Assembly: GCA_025603075.1 (NCBI GenBank)
Contig: MU626294.1
Coordinates: 1-64,000, forward strand
DNA: 64,000 bases
Direction of reading: 5' to 3'
From: Neoconidiobolus thromboides FSU 785
Lineage: Eukaryota > Fungi > Entomophthoromycota
Part shown: piece by piece, positions 21,380-32,999 of the stretch
Layout: every line of letters starts with the position of its first letter
How positions within the stretch are numbered: position 1 is the stretch's first letter
Program-made: the position numbers and the translations under genes
The notes under the pieces: generated by a model
Told to the model about the DNA's origin: nothing
The model's input: only the letters and a program-made list of their open reading frames with translations
Database searches by the model: none

Positions 21380-21900
21380 TTTGGCCTTGATGCATTTAAA
21401 ACTAGACCTTAACTGTCCCACTCTGTTCTCAATTCCAGAAAGGAACGTCTTTTCTGCGATGAACTTATACGATTACCTTTATTAACTTACTTCCCTTTCA
21501 CTTCGACACATTGGAATCAGATTTAACTAACTTCTTGTTACACTTCCCTCTTTTAGGCCCTTCTTCAACTTTTTACTATTTTAGTAGGTTTATGGGCCAT
21601 TTATCCAATCTATGACTCATCCTCTTTAAATATCAAAGCTGTTTCGCTAGCTTCTCCCTCTATTACCTTCCATTTTTGCGCAACACTCTATAAACAAGAG
21701 TTGCCCACTCTTCAATTAAATCTACTCAACTCCAAAGCGGGCAAAGTTGAGCTAGAGCACTTTCCGCCTTTTGCATAATCCTTTTCACATTTGATCCCGC
21801 ATTTCTCTTTCCTTTGCATCATACCAGCCATTAGCCAATTATAATTTTTTCCCAACAATAAAGCATTTGGGGGAGCCTTCGGCTCTTTCAAGATTTTCTA
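21380..21900 (-). pseudogene. GC-richer coding relic, probably from a transposable element
   Basis: Purine-rich on minus strand; about 60 open codons (KILKEPKAPPNALLLGKNYNWLMAG...) then multiple stops; no family recognised. Confidence 0.3.
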
Positions 21901-22548
21901 TAAAAAATTATAAACAATAGTTAACATCATTAATATCTAAGCGGATAAACCTGTTAGAACAAATACTGCACTATACCTGTTAATACTAAAATTAAGACTC
22001 CCTTTTACATTGTCATTTAAAAAGGTAAATGATTAATAAATACTTTTTTTTTTTAACTCCGTTACGTTTGACATTAAAATATATACATGTCTCCTCTAAT
22101 TTTATTTGTTCATTTTCAGTATTAAAATCTAAGAAATTTCCAAACATAGAAATAAAGTAAAGACTTGAATATTTGCCATGAGTTGAAGTAGTTTTTACTC
22201 AAGATTTTGAGTGATAAAATTCCCAATTTTTAACAAAAGTGGACAAAGTTGTAAACTGGAGATATTCATACTTTTTATGATATGTTTTAATTAATGCAGG
22301 ATAGTAATATGCAGAGATAAGTATAATATTATAAATTAATGATTACAATTGAAACCTATTTAAATATTATCAGTTATTTAAAGTTCAACAGTTTTGTAAA
22401 AATAAACTCAAATTTTAATAAATAACCAAAGTCATTTTATACTTTTTGTTCATAAGCGTAAAAGAGGAGAAGTTGGAACATATAGTTTAAAGTGTTTATT
22501 TTTTTGATAACAATTGTTAACAATATTTCAAAATAATGTTTAGTATAT

Positions 22549-22647
22549 GGGAGTGTTTTTTTTGATTTCATTATTTTTTCCATTTTTTAAGCGCTATTTG
22601 AGTGGAAAATTTATTAGTAAAGTTCTTAAGCACAAAAATACATCCCT
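22549..22647 (+). mobile_element. MITE family copy 9
   Basis: Consensus match; ATAT at 22545-22548 and 22648-22651. Confidence 0.9.
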
Positions 22648-23291
22648 ATATGGAAGAATTTGAAAACTGGGTTAAAACTGTAAATATTTAGTGTTTTATT
22701 TTGATCTAAGTGTAAAATTTAAGTGACTAATTTAGAATGAAGTAAAAAATAACCAGAGAATGTCTTCCCATTTAGTTGTTTTTTATATTCTAGTTTGGTA
22801 TTTAGCAAATGCTATAATGGATTTCTTAAATAGAAAAAATACCCCTTGGTTTTTATACTATTAGTATTTATTTTTGCACTTTTGCAATAAATAAAATCGG
22901 GAAAAAGTTGAACCTTGGGTTTAAATTAGCGCATGTTATTAAATTTCTCCTACGATTATCGTATTACACTCATAATTGCAGTTTCTTCTATCAAAACCTT
23001 AAACCGATTTCTAATCATATCGGAAAAAGGATTATTTTTACATCCTTACATATTTTATAGTGCGGGGCTTTTTGAATTTCTTTATTATTAAACTGTTATT
23101 CTCGAGATTCGGTAAAAGTCAATGTAAAAAAAATCCCATTCAATTTTCTAGCTCAAATTTAAGCAAGCATCTTATTCAAGACTACCAAACCCGAATTATA
23201 ACTGACTTTAATCAATCAAAATTTAAATAGAGTATATAAACTTGAAATAAGAAGCATGAATCAATTAAATATATAAAAATTAAATACTGTA

Positions 23292-24635
23292 ATGAGTAAT
23301 AGTACGATAAATATACCAATGTCTGGTATACAAGACAAGACAACCGCAAATTTGTCTTTTGATTCTGTTACAACATTTAAAGAAACAAGCGATCCTACAA
23401 CAGATGAAAATATAGAGGAAGATCAAAATGTTGATAGTATCCAAGGTTGGATAGTAGTAATAGCAAGTTTTTTCAATTTATTTATTATTATGGGAATAAC
23501 TCTTAGTTCTGGTGTGTTTGTTCAATATTATGCTGATAACTTATTTAAAAATAAAGTACCTTTATCTACGTTAAGTTTTATTGGTACCATAAGTACTTCA
23601 CTTCAAACATTATTGGCTGTGTTTACAGGAAAACTAGCTGATAAATTAGGGTATCGTAATTCTATCCTGCTTGGCTCAGCTATTTACGTTATTGGTCTAC
23701 TATTAGCTTCTTTTAGTACTGAAGTTTGGCATCTATTTTTAACTCAGGGTGTTTTGGTGGGTATTGGTGGTGCTATTGCATTTGTACCAGCTGTAAGTGC
23801 ACCTGCCCAATGGTTTAAAAAGTACATTGGTTTAGCTACAGGTGTTGCTGTAGCTGGTTCTGGGATTGGTGGTTTGGTATTGAGTCCAGTGACCCAAACT
23901 GTTTTGAACAATTTGGATTTTAGATGGGCATTAAGAGTATTAGCTATTATTGCTTTTGTTATATTACTTATTACTTCTTTTTTCATAAAAGAAAGAGTAA
24001 AGGCTAAGAACGGAGGTTCTTGGTTAGATTTTACTAGATTTAAAGATCGTAGATTTCTTGCTTTATTCTTTGGAGGTTTCTTATGCTCTTTTGGTTATCT
24101 TGTTCCGTTTTTACTTATGGGTAAATATGCTCAATCCATCGGCCTTACTGAAAGCCAAGGATCTATCTTAATTGGATTATTGAATGGAGGGTCTGCCATT
24201 GGAAGGGTTGCATTAGGGAGCTTAGGTGATCGTTTTGGTAGAATTAATATTCTTTTTATTTGTATTGGGCTTGCCTCTCTCTTCTGCTATTTTATATGGA
24301 CATTCTCATTTACTTTCGGCGTGCTATTAGCTTTCAATATACTATATGGGATGGCGGCTGGAGGTTATATCTCAATGCTACCCGTAGTCACAGTTCAATT
24401 GTTTGGTGTAGAAGGTATTGCAAGTACCAACGGTTTACTTTATTTTGGCTCCGGTATTCCTAATTTAGTTGGCACTCCTATTGCATCGGCAATATTAGCT
24501 GCTTCGACCTCTAATCCAGTTAAGCCTAATTATGTTCCTGTTATTATGTATGCAGCTACCTCTGCTATATTGGGATCATGTCTTTTCTTTGTTCTTAAGC
24601 TTACGGTCAATAGAAAATTACTCGCACGAGTATAA
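23292..24635 (+). CDS. MFS transporter, monocarboxylate transporter (MCT/Mch)-like
   Basis: 447 aa, about 12 TM; GWIVVIASF, GKLADKLGYR, QWFKKYIGLATG and GDRFGR motifs. Confidence 0.9.
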   Translation: MSNSTINIPMSGIQDKTTANLSFDSVTTFKETSDPTTDENIEEDQNVDSIQGWIVVIASFFNLFIIMGITLSSGVFVQYYADNLFKNKVPLSTLSFIGTISTSLQTLLAVFTGKLADKLGYRNSILLGSAIYVIGLLLASFSTEVWHLFLTQGVLVGIGGAIAFVPAVSAPAQWFKKYIGLATGVAVAGSGIGGLVLSPVTQTVLNNLDFRWALRVLAIIAFVILLITSFFIKERVKAKNGGSWLDFTRFKDRRFLALFFGGFLCSFGYLVPFLLMGKYAQSIGLTESQGSILIGLLNGGSAIGRVALGSLGDRFGRINILFICIGLASLFCYFIWTFSFTFGVLLAFNILYGMAAGGYISMLPVVTVQLFGVEGIASTNGLLYFGSGIPNLVGTPIASAILAASTSNPVKPNYVPVIMYAATSAILGSCLFFVLKLTVNRKLLARV

Positions 24636-25091
24636 GTTTAAAATCTAATTAAATTGATACTGTTCTGATTTATCATTTGTCAGTTATCAGTTATCAATTA
24701 ATTTTTTGTAAATAAATAACGATCAAGATTACTATAATATCTACTTAACAGTTGAATACTTTAATTTTATCATTTATAAAGTTAACTATTAAGTATAATA
24801 AGATATAGACCAATATCATATACTCGAATTAAATTCAACAATAACCCTGATACTTATAACTTAGTCATTCATAAGCTAACCTCTCTCTTAATCTTTATTA
24901 TTATAAGTTTACCCTTCGCTTAAAATTGACATAAGGATTAAACCATTTAATAGCAAACCCATATAATTAAATTGCTATTTATTTTGAAATATCCTATATT
25001 TTTTGGTCTAATAACTGGTGCATATTAGCAGGAGAAATAAGTCCATTATTTATCAAATATCTCAAGTCAGCTTCTAAAGTAGTAAATATAT

Positions 25092-25191
25092 CAGGATGTA
25101 TTTTTTTTGTTTAAGAATTTTACTAGCAACTTTTCCATTTAAATAACATTTAAAAAAATGGAAAAAGTGGTGAAACCAAAAAAACACCCCT
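25092..25191 (-). mobile_element. MITE family copy 10
   Basis: Reverse consensus match; ATAT at 25088-25091 and 25192-25195. Confidence 0.88.
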
Positions 25192-25871
25192 ATATAGAAA
25201 TACCTCATAATAATTATACGAACAATTAAGCCTATAATTTTATTAGAGAATGTTAAATAATAAGAATCTTTAAAGTGTTATAATGTACGAGATAAAGGAA
25301 GATAACAAAGGAATAAAAAATACAGTATAGAAATATTGATATCTGATTTAGCTTAAAATTTTTATTAGCCCCCTTTTCTTCATATATTTTATCAAAAAAA
25401 ACAATAGGAAATTAAAGTAAAAAAGAGAAATTTTTTATTTGACATTTTAAATGTTCACCTTTCGGGTTTTTCATGAATATAAACACTTTAATAAGATATC
25501 TTTCTTATTCAAAGTATTATATTTCTAATGAAAATATAGAAAAAAATCCAAGTTCGAAATATGTTATAAAAAGATCAATGATTTCATTCGAATATTACAA
25601 CTACATAAAATTAATATTTAACATTTAAGTAATCTAAGTATTTTATAAGAGTTTAAATAATAACATAATTTAGATTTGAACACTTTCATTAAGTTATAGA
25701 ATACTATTGTAATTACTAGGTTTTAAATTACTCTTATTTTTTAGAAAAAAATATAAACTAATCAAATGAATTAAATAAAAACTTGATACCGGAAATTAAA
25801 GTGATGGAAGTCAAAGTAAAAACAAAAACAAAAAAATCAGCCTTTATCTTATTTCAACTATAAATCCAAGA

Positions 25872-27009
25872 ATGAAGCATGAAGATAACCCACTTTATCC
25901 ATTTATACAAATATTATCCATGATTATAAGTGTAGGCGTAGTATTGTTAAATGGAATACTGATTAAGATATTTTATCAGCAAAATAATTTTAAAAACTTA
26001 AATATCATTTTTTACGCAGTTATAGCCATCTTTCAAAGTTTCAACTCATTATTAATACTGTTTAATCAATTGTATTCCATTATTAGTTTGTCCAAGATAA
26101 GTCATCTGTTATGTCGCTTGTCAGGTTTTATATTTCATTGCAATTTATACATTACATTAAGTGCAACTATATTATTAGCTATTTCAAAATATTTCAATAT
26201 CACTCGAATGATCCGTAATCAAACACCTATTAAAAGTTTTATATTTAGTTCGATATTTGTTGCTTTGTCAATCTTTTCGTTTATTGAATCTATGATTCAA
26301 TTAATTAATAATGAATTTGTATTAATGCCATCTAATGTATATTGTCATATTAATAGAAATAGTCCAAAATATAATATCAATTCAATAATCACTTTAATTA
26401 TATTATTAGGTAAATTATAATAATAATAATAATGAATATATTATAATTAATTCAATTTTATGTTACTTAGGTAGTGTTTGTATAATCTTTGTTTATTATA
26501 TTGGCTTAATAATTTTATTAAAAAATCGACGAGAAGAAATTAAAAAGAATGCTATATTATTTTCAGATAATTTTTTTAATGACTCATTTCAATCAAATTT
26601 AAAAAATCAATCTATAGCTATTAATCAAAGTTTTCTACTAATGGCCGGTTATTATTTATTTTATATACTAGAAATAATAATCTTAATATTTTCATTTAAT
26701 AATGATTTTAAATTAAGTTATTTCTTAGATTCAGTTAATATAATTTTATTAAATCTAGCTGGTTTATTAAATCCAATTGTATTACTATTCTTTCATCCCA
26801 CTTTTAACTCATATTTATTAACTTTGTTTAATCTACCTGAAGTTGTTCATTCCAATGTACAATTAACAATGCTACCAAGCTCACCAAGGCTCAAATGGGT
26901 AGAAATTAAAAACACACCACCATCTCAATTAAGGCCTAAATCTGATTCTTATTTACCCAATAATAATAATAATAATGAAACTACTTGCCTTATTGAAGGA
27001 AGTTATTAA
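25872..27009 (+). CDS. Class A-like 7TM GPCR 2 (two exons: 25872-26409, 26471-27009)
   Basis: Phase-1 GT-AG intron 26410-26470 joins the two track ORFs in frame; TM1 N, TM3 CRLSG, ECL2 LMPSNVYC, TM7 LLNPIV. Confidence 0.8.
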
Positions 27010-27313
27010 ATATTTTAATAAATAAAGTTGAATTCTCCTTCATTTAATAATTTTTTATAATTATACTAAACAAAAGATTAAAATCTAAGCTTTGAACTTG
27101 AGCCAATCTCAAGTTGTTAACTTTCAGTTGAACATAGCCCAATTTATTAAATTTATTTAAAAAAGATCAACATGATGAATCAAACCTAAAATCCTAAATT
27201 AATAAAATAAGTTTTACTAATTTATTTGAATTTCTTTATTTCTACAACTTGATTATTTTAAAATAAACTATAGCAACTTCCTTCAACAATTACTAATATC
27301 TAGGAAAAAATAA

Positions 27314-28330
27314 ATGTCTATTCCTGCCGAATATGTTGAGTTACCTTATATGGATTCAAATTTACCCGAACTATATACATGGCAAGCGCTACTGGTGCCA
27401 ACCAGTTTTATGTTATTTAATTTAATAGCTATGATACCTAGTTTAATTATCTTGATAGTAGTTATAAGAACAAAATCCTTACAAACAACGGATAATTTAA
27501 TGACCTTACAAATGGTATTTGTAGATATAGTATTTGCTGGTTGGGTCTTAGTATGGTACACCTTAAAATTAGCCTCAGGTTATAGGTTATGGGATTTTTA
27601 TACTTGCCAAATGGAAGGCAGTATGATTTTAATTTGTGGTTTTACTTGGCTTATGTGTGGTACCTTTTTAGGATTTTATCGCTTCCGTAAAGTTATAGGC
27701 TCTAAATCTACTCATGTTACTGATCGAGTGATGTTAATAATTCAATATGGTTTATGGTTACCCTCTATAATATTTGCATGTGTTATTGGATTGAGTGGTG
27801 ATTTTAGAATTATGCCTTCTTTTGCTTATTGTTATATAAGATATGTACCTGATGCTCCTCAAACTCACATACATTTATGGGCTACTTTAGCTATTTTAAT
27901 CATTCCAGTAATTGCTAGTGTTTATTTTTATTGGGCAATAACAGCTAAATATTGTACCATTGTTCGACAGCTTATTGAAGCTCCTGTACCCACTTATTTA
28001 CCTTCTGGTCATGCACGTAAATCTAATACAGAAGGTAGTACTGCTCCATTAACTACAATTACCGTTCGTCCAACTCCAAAATCCCATCTTAGAAAAGTAG
28101 CTTTTAAATGTGTGCTATATGCACTTGTATTTATTTTATGTTTTTTACCAATGACATGTACCATTATTTATGAATTGGCTACGTCTCAGGTTCGTTCACC
28201 TACCATTGATGCTATCTGTATCTCCCTCGTTATGCTCCATAAAATTATGTCGCCAATGATTACTTTATTTATTAATGATACTATCAATCACCAAATTCGT
28301 GTATTATTAGGATATAATCCTATAAGATAG
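27314..28330 (+). CDS. Class A (rhodopsin-like) 7TM GPCR 3, paralog of GPCR 1
   Basis: Intronless 338 aa; TTDN..M Q..D TM2, CQMEG..FYRF TM3, MPSFAYC, FLP, HKIMSPMITLFIN. Confidence 0.85.
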   Translation: MSIPAEYVELPYMDSNLPELYTWQALLVPTSFMLFNLIAMIPSLIILIVVIRTKSLQTTDNLMTLQMVFVDIVFAGWVLVWYTLKLASGYRLWDFYTCQMEGSMILICGFTWLMCGTFLGFYRFRKVIGSKSTHVTDRVMLIIQYGLWLPSIIFACVIGLSGDFRIMPSFAYCYIRYVPDAPQTHIHLWATLAILIIPVIASVYFYWAITAKYCTIVRQLIEAPVPTYLPSGHARKSNTEGSTAPLTTITVRPTPKSHLRKVAFKCVLYALVFILCFLPMTCTIIYELATSQVRSPTIDAICISLVMLHKIMSPMITLFINDTINHQIRVLLGYNPIR

Positions 28331-28821
28331 TTTAAATTGATATTATTTGTCAGTATATAAACTTATAAGGAAGGATGAGTATAATAGAATTAATTCAAGA
28401 ATATCTAATTTTAAATAAATTTTAAATAAATTCATTTTTTTTATATTCTGCTTTATAAACTTTATTGTACTGCTTTTATTGAGTTTTAATCAATTATTTT
28501 AAAAAATAACAAAAATTGAACACTCAATATAACTTTACTGTTTTATAAAAAGAATTGAATTTTTTTACAGCTGCTGTAAACTCTATTTTAATCTAATTCG
28601 CGGTAATTTTTAGAACCTGTTAGTTGTTTGCTTGTGCTTTAGCTACCTGCATATTTAAGGATAAATTTTGTATCAAAACTTTATAAAATAAAGACTATAC
28701 TTTAAAAAAATTGAATATACGAATGTTTTTTTATAAAAGCCACTGCAAATTAGGTTGAAATAGAGTTACAATAGTAATAGAAAACTTTTTATCCATTTAT
28801 TTTGGACAAAAAAATTAATAT

Positions 28822-28918
28822 GATGTAAATATTTTTTTTGACTTCATCACTTTTTCCATTTTTCAAGCGCTATTTGAGTGGAAAGACTATTAATAAAATT
28901 GTTAAAAAATATATCCCC
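28822..28918 (+). mobile_element. MITE family copy 11
   Basis: Consensus match; ATAT at 28818-28821 and 28919-28922. Confidence 0.85.
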
Positions 28919-29218
28919 ATATAAAATGCTCAAAACCTTTTTTAAATTTCATAGTGTGTTTTGAGCTTATAATTAATTATAAAAAGTAAAAATTATATTT
29001 TAAATATTTTAAAATTAAATAAAAATTAAATTATTAATAAAAAAACATTTAGTAATATAAATAAAGCCAAACAGAAAGTTATTTTGCACATACATTAGCT
29101 TATTATAATGATAAACTATTAGAATTTTTGTACCAATCAAAATTTTAAAAAAACTCGTCAGTACAAAAATTTATAAAATTTAGTATACAATATAAGTAAA
29201 GTTAAATCAATAATATAT

Positions 29219-29316
29219 GGGGATGTATTTTTGGGTTTAACAATTTTACTAACAATTTTTCCACTCAAATAGCGCTTAAAAGGAGGAAAAAATAATAAAG
29301 TCAAAAAAACACCCCC
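29219..29316 (-). mobile_element. MITE family copy 12
   Basis: Reverse consensus match; flanks ATAT / GTAT. Confidence 0.9.
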
Positions 29317-29622
29317 GTATAATATCTTAAAAAATAAACTTATCATAACAGAGTATCAAAATATACAATTAACATAACCATCAAATATTTTTATTTTAAA
29401 TTGACTAGGAATAAAAAAAGTAACAAACTAAAAAATAGTTAGTTTTTTATTAAATATTCATAAGTTATATAATAAGCTATTATATGTGCAAAATATCCCT
29501 GGTTTTCAGCTTTATTTATATTAATAAGTATTTTTTTATTTGATTTGATTAAAATATTAAAACATTTTTTATTTTTTATAGCCCAATTCTTGATAATTGT
29601 TCACAAGCTTAAACGTGCATTT

Positions 29623-29715
29623 GAGGCTGTTTTTTTTGGTTTCATTGTTTTTCTATTTAAGCACTATTTAAGTGGAAAGATTTTAGTAAACTCTTAATCG
29701 AAAAAACGCATCCCC
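29623..29715 (+). mobile_element. MITE family copy 13
   Basis: Consensus match; ATTT on both sides (29619-29622, 29716-29719). Confidence 0.82.
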
Positions 29716-30967
29716 ATTTAATCTTTTTCTAGCTAGCTAATATTCTTTAGTAAGGCCAGTGGTAAGGGTGTAGAATTGCTGTATATAAAAACTTATAGTG
29801 AAAATAGTTTAGTTTCTCAATAAAAAATAATAGCTACTATTGCAATTGGGAACTTCTGAAGATTTTAGTAAAAAAAAACTATATAAGAGGTTGTATAAAA
29901 ATAGATTGTAATAGTAAATTTAAATTAAACTATTATCTAAACCATTATTAAATAAACTTACTATTCAAATGTTAGTTATCAATTCTTTATTATGTTTATA
30001 GCTTTTATAGGAGCATTAGCCTATGTTATGGAATGTTTTGATTCTTAGATTCATTCCCCTTTTTTAAAAAGATAACTTTCATCAATATGACCAATTCATA
30101 TAAAATATTAAAATTCCATGGTAAAAAGTAAAATCATATTTTAAAAAATATAGTTATGCTGACGAGATTAGTTAATATTCTAAAGCATTGACTGTTATTC
30201 AAATGTGGATACTATTTTCAATATTATATTTGTATTATAAGAGTATGCTCTATAAAACAGTATGTTTTCTTAAATATCGAGGTCTCGATCCATTACAGAT
30301 AATAAATAGAAAGTATCTAAGTTTCAACTTATTTTAATTATTGTTGTAAAAGTAACTTTCCACCTTTAATAAGAAAATTTAATTAGCTTTTTTACCACTT
30401 AAAAATATAGAATAGAAGCTTGGCAATATGACATTCAAAGTAATTAGAGAAATAACGTAATGAAAAATAAGCATTTTTAGTATTGTAATAAAGACTAAAA
30501 CAACGAATAATAAATAATAATACTACACTTAAATGCAAACCCTTAATAATTACTTGTATTAATTTGAATACAACACAACAATAAGTTTTATTTATAAAAT
30601 AGTTAACCTTAATTTATTTTAATATTCAATATGAGTCATCTAAAATCATGTCAAGTATGAAATTAAAATTAAATTAACCCTTGATTTTAATCTTTTGGGC
30701 AATTATTCTGGCTAAGATTAAGAATTCTTTTTTACAGTTTGGTCAAACTTTAGCTCATTTTAAGTCTGCATAAATAATGTTTGTTACTCTTACTACGATA
30801 AACTCCTGCCCAAACCTTAAACTATTAAAGATAGCATGAATATTCATCCATAAGAGAAAAGAATAAAATTATTAAAAAAATGAGTAATAAAAATAAAAGT
30901 ATATAAGCCCTCAAGATTGCTATTATAATAGTTTTAAAAAAAACAACTTAATTGAACTAGATAGTTC

Positions 30968-31105
30968 ATGTATTGCCACTCCTTTGAAAAGAACTCAAGT
31001 GACTATATCTCAGATCAAGTTTGGAAATCTTTACCACAGACCTACAATAATAATGTTAACCAAATTCGTTTTAGCTCACTTAAAATCCAATCGTTCATTA
31101 TTTAG
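30968..31105 (+). promoter_or_regulatory. uORF encoding an arginine attenuator peptide (AAP), overlapping the CPA1 start out of frame
   Basis: MYCHSFEKNSSDYISDQVWKSLPQ...; D12-Y13-I-S-D-x-x-W19 aligns with Neurospora arg-2 AAP (QDYLSDHLWRA) and yeast CPA1 AAP (QDYISDHIWKT); 45 codons, stop TAG 31103-31105. Confidence 0.9.
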
Positions 31106-32324
31106 ATCTTTTGCTACTGTTAAAGAAGGTTATTACTCTTCACCAGAAGTAATCGACTCCACTCAGGTTCAATATTTAAAATTAAAATCTGGTCAATTAT
31201 TCAAAGGTTTATCCTTTGGTGCTGAAAAAGAATGTAGTGGTGAAGCAGTCTTTACTACCTCTACTGTAGGTTATCCAGAATCGATGACAGACCCTTCTTT
31301 TCGTGGTCAAATATTAGTCTTCACTCAACCTTTAATTGGTAATTATGGAGCCCCTAACACCACCCGAGATGAATTTAATTTACTAAAATATTATGAATCA
31401 GAAAAGATACAAGTAGAAGGTATAATTGTGAATGATTATGCTACTCAATATTCCCATTGGAATGCCATTGAATCTTTGGGTGCTTGGTGTAAGCGTAATA
31501 ACGTACCTGCTATTTCTAATGTAGATACTAGAATGGTTGTTAAATTACTCAGGGATCAAGGGTCTACATTAGCTTCCATGCAATTTGATAAAGAGAAAGA
31601 AAGCGAATATAAAGATCCTAATTTAAGAAATTTAGTCGATGAAGTATCTACTAAAAAAGTATATACAGTTGGAAAAGGAAAAATTAACATTGCAGTTATT
31701 GATTGTGGTATTAAAAATAATATCTTAAGATCATTATTAGGTCAAAGTGAAGATATTAAATTAACTGTATTACCTTGGAATTATGATATTATAAATAACA
31801 AAATTGAAGGTAAAAGTATTCATGACTTTGATGGCTTATTTTTAAGTAATGGACCTGGAAACCCCAATTATTGTCAAGAGTTAATCTCAAATATGTCGTA
31901 TTTAGTTGAGAACTTTAATAAACCTATCTTTGGTATTTGTATGGGAAATCAAGTGTTAGGAAAGAGTATTGGATTAGATGTTTACAAAATGAAATTTGGA
32001 AATCGAGGACATAATCAACCAGCAATTAATTTGCTAACTAATCGTTGTTTTATTACTAGTCAAAATCATGGCTATGCTTTAAATGATACAGTTTTACCTA
32101 ATAATTGGTTAAAATATTTTACTAATGCTAATGATCATTCAAATGAAGGTATTAAACATCAATTCAAACCTATTTCTTCAGTTCAATTTCATCCAGAAGC
32201 TAAAGGGGGACCTATGGATACTCATTTCTTATTCAAAGATTATATTGAGTTAGTTAAACAATACAAACTTAAAGACTTACATTATTATGATGTTGAAAAT
32301 GAGAAAGTCACTGCCTATGCCTAA
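31053..32324 (+). CDS. CPA1: Carbamoyl-phosphate synthase small subunit, arginine-specific, with mitochondrial presequence
   Basis: GEAVFTT..VGYPESMTDPS, SNGPGNP, GICMGNQ, QNHGY and QFHPE motifs; Arg/Ser-rich acid-free N-terminus from ATG 31053. Confidence 0.95.
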   Translation: MLTKFVLAHLKSNRSLFRSFATVKEGYYSSPEVIDSTQVQYLKLKSGQLFKGLSFGAEKECSGEAVFTTSTVGYPESMTDPSFRGQILVFTQPLIGNYGAPNTTRDEFNLLKYYESEKIQVEGIIVNDYATQYSHWNAIESLGAWCKRNNVPAISNVDTRMVVKLLRDQGSTLASMQFDKEKESEYKDPNLRNLVDEVSTKKVYTVGKGKINIAVIDCGIKNNILRSLLGQSEDIKLTVLPWNYDIINNKIEGKSIHDFDGLFLSNGPGNPNYCQELISNMSYLVENFNKPIFGICMGNQVLGKSIGLDVYKMKFGNRGHNQPAINLLTNRCFITSQNHGYALNDTVLPNNWLKYFTNANDHSNEGIKHQFKPISSVQFHPEAKGGPMDTHFLFKDYIELVKQYKLKDLHYYDVENEKVTAYA

Positions 32325-32999
32325 GTAGTTTATTATTCAAATATATTATTCAAATAAATTTTTACTTTTTTATTTATTATTAATATCTTTTGAAAACAAA
32401 TTAACAATTAAATATGAAAATTAATAATTGAAATTTCAAATGCTTAAGTAGTCTTTGTATATAGTTTTAAATTGATTATAATAATTACTTTATTCAATAA
32501 CTTTTTAATTTCCAATTTTTATATCAACTTGATAATTCTAATTTTCACTAAATAAAGTTCAATAAGTTTTAAAGAAAAGGTTATAATAATCAAAAATAAA
32601 GCATTAAGTAAATATTGAGATATAATATTGACGTTGATAATTAGCAGACTAATGTATTATAAATTATAACTTAAATCTAGAATGAAATAAATAGCTACTA
32701 TTATTGAATTTGTAGCTAATCTAATTCTAGTGACTGTGAAGTAAGTTAAATAAAAGAACATCAAATTCGTTATTTTTGAGTAACATAAAATATCTTATTT
32801 ATTCTAAGTAAATTATAGTATGTTATTTTAATTCCAGCTATTTATTATTCCAACACAAAAATACTTATAAAATTCCTTCAGTAAGCCCATTTTCCATTTA
32901 GGTCTTGAAATCTTTAAATTTATCCAACTATTTTTAAAAATGCTCATAAAATCTCAAACTACCTTATCTATTCATAAAAAAAACACAATTGAGCATACA

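Noticed and set aside
478-29719. Tc1/mariner (TA TSD) or solo-LTR (TG..CA) reading of the MITE
   Set aside because: Copies flanked by ATTT/ATTT and AAAT/AAAT contain no flanking TA pair and fit only a 4-bp duplication.
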